Shown here piece by piece: positions 9,722-17,609 of a DNA stretch of 26,460 nucleotides. The DNA lies in NCBI GenBank assembly GCA_965657355.1, contig CBFHOE010000015.1:11158-37617 (forward strand). Direction: 5' to 3'. The position numbers and the translations under genes were made by a program. Each line of letters starts with the position of its first letter. Positions within the stretch are counted from its first letter, which is position 1. Under the pieces are notes generated by a model. The model was not told the DNA's origin, ran no database searches, and saw only the letters and a program-made list of their open reading frames with translations. Origin of the DNA: Limisphaerales bacterium. Lineage in GTDB: Bacteria; Verrucomicrobiota; Verrucomicrobiia; Limisphaerales; JAJOIW01.

Positions 9722-12157
9722 CTATTTTCGGGCAAAATCATTTTCCTCAGAACGCATTCTCATTCGAAATGGGACTGATTCGGTGATACTAAAGATGATA
9801 GATGAAAAGCTGTAATCATTTTCGGCTGCTTTGCGAATAATTTGACGCACAGCAGGAGCATCAAATGGCTCCACCCCACGGCCTAAAGCAAAGGTAAGTA
9901 GTTTTTGGCTGAGAGTACGAACAAATAATTCTGGTCGCTCAAGCAATTTATCTTCCAGATGAGTGACCCCAGAAAATTCTGTCCCATCCGGCAAGCCACC
10001 AGAGGCATCGATATCCGAACCGTTTTCATACGCGCGCCAACGCCCTACAGCATCGTAATTTTCTAGAGTAAAACCAACTGGATCCATTAAGTCATGACAA
10101 CTTGCACAAGCGGGGTTTCGCCGATGTTCAGCCAGGCGTTCTCGCATCGATAGATTTGCATCCATCTTGTTGTCGTCCAAAGCAGGAATGTCTGGGGGTG
10201 GCGGTGGCGGTGGAGTACCCAATATATTTTCCAAAATCCAGTTACCCCGTATGACGGGAGAAGTTCTGGTAGCATAGGATGTTACGCTTAATATGCTGCC
10301 CTGTCGCAGCAATCCACCTCGGTGATAATTCGGTTTAAGTAGAACTCTACGGAAACGGCTCCCGTAAATTCCTGGAATATTATAATGTGCGGCGAGGCGT
10401 TCATTAAGAAAGGTGTAATTTGCTTTGAGTAAATCCAATACACTCCGGTCTTCCTTAACAATGCTTTGAACAAATAACTCAGTTTCTGTCCGGAATGCGT
10501 CACGCAAATTACTATCAAAATTAGGGAACAAACGTAAGTCGGGGGTGAGCGATTCAAGATTGCGCAAATGCAGCCACTGACTAGCAAAGTTTTTAATCAA
10601 ACTCATAGACCGTTCATCCGCAAGCATGCGTTGAACTTGCTCCCTTAAGATATCGGGATTACTTAAACGCCCCTCTATGGCAAGTTCCAACAATGTTTCA
10701 TCCGGAATACTGCTCCAGAGAAAAAATGAAAGGCGATCAGCTAAATCAAGATCGCTGATTTCGTAAATGCCATCATTGCCAGATGGCGGATCTTTTTCGA
10801 TTCGAAATAAAAATTCTGGACTGACCAAAACAGATTGAATCGCCATCTCAATTCCCCCTTCGAATCCACCGTCTTTTTTCCCCTGTTGATAGAAGGACAT
10901 TAATTTTTTGATATCGCGCTGAGTTACTGGTCGTCGATAAGCTCGTTTGGCAATTTTGGACAGTATTGCCTTTGCAGATTCCGGTTGCTCGTCAACAGAT
11001 TCCGGTTTTTTAATAAAGATCAGATCCCTGCTGGGAGTATCGGCTGAGCCATTGGCTCGAAATGGTCCATTAATGGATATTTCATAAATTGCAGGGGATA
11101 AGCGTGGATGACGGTGAAAATTAAAATGCACATCAAATGGTTGCCTGCGATTTTCTTGAACGACATAGGACTTCATATGAAAAGCAACACCAACCTGTTT
11201 AGGGCCCGCTTTAACCGCTATTCTGGCATTCAAATGATTGTCGATATCTGCATGGCGTTTGCCATTTCTAGCTACGTTAAAACTTTTCACAAGTTTACGG
11301 TCGATGAGAACATACATCTGGTGTGAACCATTCAATCCCTCCACATGTTCATTTCGATCTCTAGCGAGACGAACTACAATTTCGTATTCTCCATCTTGAG
11401 GAAAGGTAAAAGGAATCAAAGCACCTCCGCGAGTGCCTAAGGGCAGTCCCTGGACGTTCTTTTCTTGAGTATAGTCCGCGGGAATCCGGAACGTCCATCC
11501 TCTTGGCTTATTCACCTTTCGGCCAATTGAAAGGCGGCTGATCTTTTGAGCCGCTGTGATATATCTATCGACGAGGCTTGGGGACAGAGAACTGACGGTT
11601 ATGTTGTCAAAACCATGACTCTCTTCGTCCTTGGGTAATAATTCGCTGGCGTCTATTTTTACAGCCAAAAGATCACGAATTACATTTTGGTATTCAGTAC
11701 GTGTCAGCCGTCTAAATGTACTCGAACGCCCAGGGTTTGGATTAGCGACCCCTATGCTGTCTAGCACCGTAGTTAAGCGGTTGATCGTTAATTTGTATTC
11801 GGCTTCCGTCGGTCTATATTTTTGTTTGGCTGGCGGCATTTGACGGGCTACCAGGCGGGTCACAACATTTTCCCATATCTCTAGGTGATCGATTATGGGT
11901 TCGTCCAATAACGGGATTAGATTGAGATCGCCCTCAGCGGTTTCATCATCATGACAATCAAGACAATAATTCTCAATTACTGTTTTGGCCTCTTTTATAT
12001 TTAACGCCAGTGATGACTGACAAAACATTCCCCCACCCCAACACAGCCACAATAAAAAGGTGACCACTCTTGGGGAAAATATGTGCATTACACAGGATGA
12101 CAAAGACCGTGTCTTTTTTGGATAAACTAAAGAGTCTGTCATGAACATTAAATACAC
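9722..12157 (-). CDS. DUF1592/1588/1587/1595/1585 multidomain protein with two c-type heme motifs (planctomycete cytochrome c type)
   Basis: CLDCH (11951-11965) and CASCH (10094-10108), plus RRLTRTEYQNVIRDLL, LADRLSFFLWSSIPD, TSPVIRGNWILENILGTPPPPPPP and DPVGFTLENYDAVGRWR. The true start may be the ATG at 12088, which gives a cleaner signal peptide. Confidence 0.9.
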   Translation of the reverse strand: MYLMFMTDSLVYPKKTRSLSSCVMHIFSPRVVTFLLWLCWGGGMFCQSSLALNIKEAKTVIENYCLDCHDDETAEGDLNLIPLLDEPIIDHLEIWENVVTRLVARQMPPAKQKYRPTEAEYKLTINRLTTVLDSIGVANPNPGRSSTFRRLTRTEYQNVIRDLLAVKIDASELLPKDEESHGFDNITVSSLSPSLVDRYITAAQKISRLSIGRKVNKPRGWTFRIPADYTQEKNVQGLPLGTRGGALIPFTFPQDGEYEIVVRLARDRNEHVEGLNGSHQMYVLIDRKLVKSFNVARNGKRHADIDNHLNARIAVKAGPKQVGVAFHMKSYVVQENRRQPFDVHFNFHRHPRLSPAIYEISINGPFRANGSADTPSRDLIFIKKPESVDEQPESAKAILSKIAKRAYRRPVTQRDIKKLMSFYQQGKKDGGFEGGIEMAIQSVLVSPEFLFRIEKDPPSGNDGIYEISDLDLADRLSFFLWSSIPDETLLELAIEGRLSNPDILREQVQRMLADERSMSLIKNFASQWLHLRNLESLTPDLRLFPNFDSNLRDAFRTETELFVQSIVKEDRSVLDLLKANYTFLNERLAAHYNIPGIYGSRFRRVLLKPNYHRGGLLRQGSILSVTSYATRTSPVIRGNWILENILGTPPPPPPPDIPALDDNKMDANLSMRERLAEHRRNPACASCHDLMDPVGFTLENYDAVGRWRAYENGSDIDASGGLPDGTEFSGVTHLEDKLLERPELFVRTLSQKLLTFALGRGVEPFDAPAVRQIIRKAAENDYSFSSIIFSITESVPFRMRMRSEENDFARK

Positions 12158-12303
12158 TTACCTGATAAAATAGCTTGAGGGGTCTAAAGAAGAATTAAAC
12201 CAAGCAGTATTTAAACTGACAATGGTAAACTATTGCAGACTAAAGCTTTTTCAAAATGGAATTACCAGAAAAGGGCGCATCTTCAAAAAGTTGATAAAAC
12301 GTT

Positions 12304-12323
12304 AAAAAAATGTGCTTCGCACA
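12304..12323 (-). terminator. Candidate intrinsic terminator or attenuator upstream of the DUF1592 operon
   Basis: Minus strand reads TGTGC-gaa-GCACA-TTTTTTT. Confidence 0.4.
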
Positions 12324-12598
12324 CAAAAGGAAAGACTTTATTGACGTATTAATATATGTTGAAAGATCTAAACTCTCAATTAGTCACCATGGGAGCTCAA
12401 ATTGGTATTCAGCAATAGAACTTTCTCGAAGATTGCTAACCAGGATTACCTTGGTTCTATGCCCGTGAATTTAATATCTGAAATAATTTCATCACAGGGT
12501 TTTAGGTAGTTGTTAAGCACGGAAAAACCAATTATTTACATGATCATTTTTAGAAAAAACGAAAAATTTCAGCAAAGATAAAACATCAATAAAAAACC

Positions 12599-14452
12599 AT
12601 GAATCCGAAAACAGTATTTCGAGCTACTTTATTTCTTTCCGCTTGGTTCATTTCAAATGCTACTGCATTCACATCGGAGCAGGCCATTTTTTCCCCAGAT
12701 GCAAACTACTCAATAGTTTTCAAATTATCGGATGGAAAACCGTCTTACCGTGTAACATTTAAAGGCGAAACAATTCTTTCTGATTCGAGATTATCATTAA
12801 ATCTTACAGGTGGTGATCTGGACGAAGATTTTAGAATAAATAAAGTGGAGACCGAATCTAAAAAATCGACCTGGACTCCCGTAGTAGGATCAAAGAGCAC
12901 CTATCCAGACAGCTATAACCAGTTGACAATCCGACTCGAGGAAACAACAAAAAACCAAAGAAGACTAGACCTTTATTTTAGAGCGTACAATGAGGGAGTT
13001 GCTTTCCGCTACCATATCCCCGAACAGAGTGGCCTTTCGTTTATTAATCTAAAATCCGAACAAACTGAATTTCAATTTACTGGTGACCATTATGTATATT
13101 GGGATGATTACCCACAGGCTACTTACAGCAAAGCCCGAATTTCAGACATGGGAAAACATTCCATAAGACCTCTTCTTATTGAAACAGATAAATACTATGT
13201 CGCCATCGCCGAGGCAGGTAGTTTGAAAAATTATGCCCCAATGAAATTAAATCGAAACGGCCTAAACCGGATTGTAACGGAGTTAAGAAGCGGAGAAGTC
13301 AAAACCCTCGATTCCTTGAAAACCCCATGGCGTGTAATAATGGTGGCTTCTACGCCTGGGACGCTGGTTGAAAATCATTACTTGCTTCAAAACCTTTCGC
13401 CAGCGTGCAAATTAAAAGACACATCGTGGATAAGACCTGGAAAAGTATGGAGAAGCCGGCTAGACACTGCTGGCGCCAAAGCGATAATAGACTACGCTTC
13501 ACTCAACAATTATCAATACGTGCACTATGATGCAGGGTGGTACGGGCAAGAGAGAGACCCAAAATCTATTCCAACGACGTTTATTAAACAAATCGACCTT
13601 CACGAGGTCATCCAATATGCAAAAGCGCGCGACATTGGTTTAATCTGCTATATCAATAAAATTGCTATGTCAGATTATGATATGGATCATACTTTTCAAA
13701 CCTACCACGATTGGGGAATCAAAGGCGTCAAATTTGGTTTTGTTAATTGGCAGAGTCAGTCCGATATGGAATTTCTTTATTCGGCGATTGAGAAAGCTGC
13801 AAAATATAGACTTATTGTGGATATCCACGATAACTTCCGACTCACAGGGATTGAAAGAACATATCCGCATTTGCTTACGGTGGAGGGGATCCTTGGAAAT
13901 GAAGAAACCGCAGATCGCGGTAACACGCCCAGGAATGTTCTCATCACATCATTTGCACGCATGATTGCTGGGGCGGGCGATTTTACACCTTGCTACCTTA
14001 ACGGAAGGGTCATAAGTCGTTCTTTTCAATTAGCTTTAGGTGTAATTTTTTATAGCCCACTACAATACCTCCATTGGTATGACCAAATGGATCAGTATGA
14101 AGGTCGTGAATTTCCCGAATTGGAATTTTGGAAAGAAATGCCAACTTCTTGGGACGATTCAAAAGTTATTCACGGCTCTATCGGCGAATACATGACAGTT
14201 GCACGGAAAAAAGATGATGCGTGGTTTGTGGGGACTATCGTCGACAAAGGTCGTATCCTGGATATTCCATTGACCTTTCTAGATGATAGAAAATACGTTG
14301 CCAAAATTTTCAAAGAAGAACCGGGACAGAAGAAAAATGTTGCCATTGAAGTTGTTAACGTAAGTTCAGGTAGTCAAATAAAAGCTATAATGAATTCTGG
14401 AAGCGGCCATGCAATGTGGATTTATCCGCTTTCAAAAAACAATAGAGACTAA
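12599..14452 (+). CDS. Secreted glycoside hydrolase family 97 (alpha-glucosidase/alpha-galactosidase-like), 617 aa
   Basis: Signal peptide; FRAYNEGVAFRY, KTPWRVIMV, DTSWIRPGK, DAGWY, TGIERTYPH, RMIAGAGDFTP and PTSWDDS...IGEYMTVARK. These fit the GH97 N-terminal, catalytic and C-terminal domains. Confidence 0.92.
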   Translation: MNPKTVFRATLFLSAWFISNATAFTSEQAIFSPDANYSIVFKLSDGKPSYRVTFKGETILSDSRLSLNLTGGDLDEDFRINKVETESKKSTWTPVVGSKSTYPDSYNQLTIRLEETTKNQRRLDLYFRAYNEGVAFRYHIPEQSGLSFINLKSEQTEFQFTGDHYVYWDDYPQATYSKARISDMGKHSIRPLLIETDKYYVAIAEAGSLKNYAPMKLNRNGLNRIVTELRSGEVKTLDSLKTPWRVIMVASTPGTLVENHYLLQNLSPACKLKDTSWIRPGKVWRSRLDTAGAKAIIDYASLNNYQYVHYDAGWYGQERDPKSIPTTFIKQIDLHEVIQYAKARDIGLICYINKIAMSDYDMDHTFQTYHDWGIKGVKFGFVNWQSQSDMEFLYSAIEKAAKYRLIVDIHDNFRLTGIERTYPHLLTVEGILGNEETADRGNTPRNVLITSFARMIAGAGDFTPCYLNGRVISRSFQLALGVIFYSPLQYLHWYDQMDQYEGREFPELEFWKEMPTSWDDSKVIHGSIGEYMTVARKKDDAWFVGTIVDKGRILDIPLTFLDDRKYVAKIFKEEPGQKKNVAIEVVNVSSGSQIKAIMNSGSGHAMWIYPLSKNNRD

Positions 14453-14573
14453 AAGTAAGCTGACAATCATCAACCCAATTAAGAAGATATCTACCATGGC
14501 TGTGTGCGTATCAAATTATAAGATCCTAACTTAAATTCATATCGGATATGCATTCCAGCGAGAAAAATTACGA

Positions 14574-14980
14574 ATGACAAAGAATAAAATTATGATTACC
14601 GGTGGAGTTTGAATAGGCGGGAACTTGAATAATTCACTTATTTTACGGTCTTATTTAATCTATAAATTTCAGATCCGCGTAATTTAGGAATTTAATACCA
14701 GATCTTTGCGCCCCCCACTGAATTTTATTACTGGAAAACCACCATCATTCAGAGGACTTCTTCAAGGTATTGAATATGCGAATCTATCTGGTGGGGGTCG
14801 AGGGAAAACTAAGTAAGCATTTGCCTCAAAAAAACGATTTACAACAATTCTTATATATTTTGATAAAAGGGAGTGATCAAAATGGGTTTAAAAGAAACCA
14901 CATATTGGTTTTTATAAATGGGATAATCTAGTAGAAGCCTGCGGAATAGATTCGAAAACCGTATTATTGTTTTTTGCACG
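14574..14980 (+). pseudogene. Decayed remnant of an NAD-dependent epimerase/dehydratase (extended SDR)
   Basis: MTKNKIMITGGV*IGGNL from ATG 14574 (TGA at 14610) resembles the ITGGxGxIGxxL Rossmann motif. Later fragments LLQGIEYANLSG (~14757-14792) and NLVEAC...VLLFFA (14925-14978) occur in SDR order. Several stops and frame changes interrupt it. Confidence 0.5.
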
Positions 14981-15036
14981 CCTTGACCCAATACCCCGGA
15001 TACGAGGAAAGCTATAATCGCCCTCGTTGCCGGAAC

Positions 15037-15810
15037 CTAAGGAGTTTCAATTAAAAAGACGCCAGACTCCACCGCCTCACCTTGGGTCAGTTCGAAATCT
15101 CCGCCATCTTCAGTTGTGAATGTGAGGTCAATACGTCCTTCAAGCTCAACCCCGTCCTGAACAAGAGCGTAGTCAATCCTGCCTTTTAAATTGGATATTT
15201 TTTGATAATCAAAGCTTATACCTGTATCCGAGCCGTCCGCTCCCAGCACACGACCGTCACTTATTAATTTGTAGATGTCGACAAAAGGGGTTTCAGCAAC
15301 ATTCGATTGCTCAGTCGTCATAGTCAGAGTTTTACCGCTGATGACGGCTGGGGCAAAATCAGCGGACGCTTCCAAAGCCCTGACTCGGTAAAATCCTCCT
15401 CCATTCTGACTAGGAAAATCGATAGTGGTTTCGCGCTGATCTCCTCCTGGAATTTCAATAAATTGTTCCCAATCCAGTAGGTTTTCAGATTTCTCAATTT
15501 CTACAGGCCCAAGTCCATTCCCATCCCATTTCAACTTGAGAACTCCACTTTCTAATAGATGAATTGAAAGATTTGATACGAAATTTATTTTTTCAGTCAG
15601 TTCTGAGTCAATCGTTTTAACTGGGGAACCAGCCCGCCCATTCTTGCGCAAGTCAGCGATCTCGGCACTGCGTGTGTTTTCGGCTTTAGTAGGGATTGCA
15701 GTCCCTGCGTCTTGAGCTAGTGATTTGACGCAACCCAAAACTAAGGCAGCAAGCAGTGTGATGAGGCGATAAGCTGTGGAGTTCGGACACTGGAATTTTT
15801 TCATGGTCAA
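15037..15810 (-). CDS. Secreted hypothetical protein, ~255 aa (likely start ATG 15804)
   Basis: Long ORF with a hydrophobic signal (RLITLLAALVLGCVKSLA-QD), an internal LKW...IEKSENLLDW...FYRVRA module and an acidic, beta-rich C-terminal part. Confidence 0.75.
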   Translation of the reverse strand: MTMKKFQCPNSTAYRLITLLAALVLGCVKSLAQDAGTAIPTKAENTRSAEIADLRKNGRAGSPVKTIDSELTEKINFVSNLSIHLLESGVLKLKWDGNGLGPVEIEKSENLLDWEQFIEIPGGDQRETTIDFPSQNGGGFYRVRALEASADFAPAVISGKTLTMTTEQSNVAETPFVDIYKLISDGRVLGADGSDTGISFDYQKISNLKGRIDYALVQDGVELEGRIDLTFTTEDGGDFELTQGEAVESGVFLIETP

Positions 15811-16312
15811 AAGCTTTAAGAAAATCTGGCAGGGTAGAGTATTAATTTTTACAATTTAAAAGTAAACCGATTTACCTCAAAAAAAGGACTTTTTGAAGCT
15901 GGCACCAAACCTCCTTCATTATTAATAGTATAATAAAAAAGGTTTGCAGAGTCATACTCCACTATAAGAAATCTTAAAGGGAATGTGACCATTTAAAGCC
16001 GATGTGTAATATTCTCAAACCTCAAATTGAGCTAGAAATCAAAAAGCGTAAATGAAAGCTCTTTAGAAAAGTCCTGCTATCAGCTCGGACAGACCGAAAT
16101 CGACGACTTGAATTCCACCCTTCCGAGCCATACCAAATGTAATTATCTCATGTTAATCCTACATGGGTGTGGTTGTGATTGTATTTTCATTTGATTCTGA
16201 ATAAATAAATGGCAAAGATACCCGGAATTGCAGTTGAGGAGCTCTCGGTTAATTGGATGCGAAAGATTCTCTTTTCTTTTATTGCCCATTGTTTCCGTCA
16301 ATAATGAAACCG

Positions 16313-17416
16313 ATGAAAATCAAAGGCATCAAGGCATGGCAAATCGACCTTCCACTTAAAGAAGGCCGGTATAGTTGGTCGGAGGGCAAATATGTAGACG
16401 TATTTGACAGCACCATTGTTGCGGTGGAAACAAATCAAGGAATAACAGGGTATGGCGAGGTTTGCCCGCTAGGTCCATTTTATCTGCCAGCCTATGCCTC
16501 AGGGGCTCGATCGGGGATTGAGGAGCTAGGGCCTCAAATCATTGGGCATAGTCCCATCGAGATTGAAAAAATCAATTATTACATGGATCGCTGCCTACAA
16601 GGTCATCCATATGTTAAGTCGGCATTGGACATGGCTTTTTGGGATATCCTCGGGAAAGTCGCGGGACTGCCTGTTTGCGATCTACTTGGGGGCCGTTATG
16701 GAGATGACGTCGTGCTGTACCGCGCTATCTCTCAACAAGCTCCGGAGTTGATGGCTGCCAATGTCGAGGGATATAAAAAAGAGGGGTATACTCGATTCCA
16801 GCTGAAGGTTGGAGGGGATCCTAATGAAGACATTGAAAGAATTCATGCGGTCAGAGAAATTTTGAGTCCAAGCGATACTTTAGTCGCTGATGCTAATACA
16901 GGGTGGTTACCCCACCAAGCTATGCGTGTCGTCAAAGCAGTAAACCACCTTGACGTCTATATCGAACAACCATGTAAAACCTACGAAGAATGCTTAGGAA
17001 TCCGCAATCACACCGATCTTCCATTTATCCTTGATGAAAACATCGATGGCCTCAACCCATTACTCAAGGCCCACTCCGATAGAGCGATGGACGCAATCAA
17101 CATAAAGATCAGTAAGTTTGGGGGACTTACGAAGGCGAGGCAGGCGCGCGATCTAGCAGTACATCTTGGGCTTGCAATGACATTAGAAGATAGTTGGGGC
17201 GGGGATATTATCACCGCTGCCATTAGTCACCTAGCCCACTCGACGCCGGAAGAATATAGGTTCACATCGACTGACTTTAATAGCTACGTTTCCGTATCGA
17301 ATGCCACGGGTGCGCCACAGCGTGAAAATGGAAAGTTTAAAGCCAGCTTCGAGCCGGGACTTGGCATTACCCCACGTTTTGAGGATCTTGGCGACCCAGT
17401 GCTCGTTATCTCATAG
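16313..17416 (+). CDS. Enolase-superfamily (mandelate racemase/MLE group) enzyme, cis-3-hydroxy-L-proline dehydratase-like
   Basis: [43 protein letters not shown] (QxK in place of KxK), metal ligands in DAN, EQP and [13 protein letters not shown] and EDSWGG. From recall this closely resembles the characterised Labrenzia aggregata enzyme. ATG 16313 or 16304 is more likely than the TTG at 16253. Confidence 0.8.
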   Translation: MKIKGIKAWQIDLPLKEGRYSWSEGKYVDVFDSTIVAVETNQGITGYGEVCPLGPFYLPAYASGARSGIEELGPQIIGHSPIEIEKINYYMDRCLQGHPYVKSALDMAFWDILGKVAGLPVCDLLGGRYGDDVVLYRAISQQAPELMAANVEGYKKEGYTRFQLKVGGDPNEDIERIHAVREILSPSDTLVADANTGWLPHQAMRVVKAVNHLDVYIEQPCKTYEECLGIRNHTDLPFILDENIDGLNPLLKAHSDRAMDAINIKISKFGGLTKARQARDLAVHLGLAMTLEDSWGGDIITAAISHLAHSTPEEYRFTSTDFNSYVSVSNATGAPQRENGKFKASFEPGLGITPRFEDLGDPVLVIS

Positions 17417-17609
17417 ATGCCCACATCCACATGCTTCGATCACAAGATAGGGCGGGCAGATCGACCTTGCTACGGGCGAAATAATTCGGGAGGCAGCGAA
17501 AAACTTTCCGACTTGTAAATTTCAAAAGCTGTATTGCTTTACATATTAGAGAGAAATGACGTTACTTGTATCTATCCTAAAACTTAGAAAAATTTTACAG
17601 AGTCATTTT

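Noticed and set aside
10192..10216. GGT/GGC-rich tract that looks like a simple repeat
   Set aside because: It encodes the Pro7 linker typical of this family, with mixed codons, so it is not a slippage repeat.
6109..14000. Numerous 60-160 aa ORFs overlapping trhO, ankyrin, DUF1552, DUF1592 and GH97
   Set aside because: They are antisense or out-of-frame shadows of long, motif-supported genes.
16253..16312. N-terminal extension from TTG 16253
   Set aside because: Family similarity begins at MKIKGI, and the extension looks like upstream non-coding sequence.
17417..17512. GC-rich stretch after the dehydratase as a riboswitch or terminator
   Set aside because: Only short imperfect stems, with no U-tract and no recognisable aptamer consensus.
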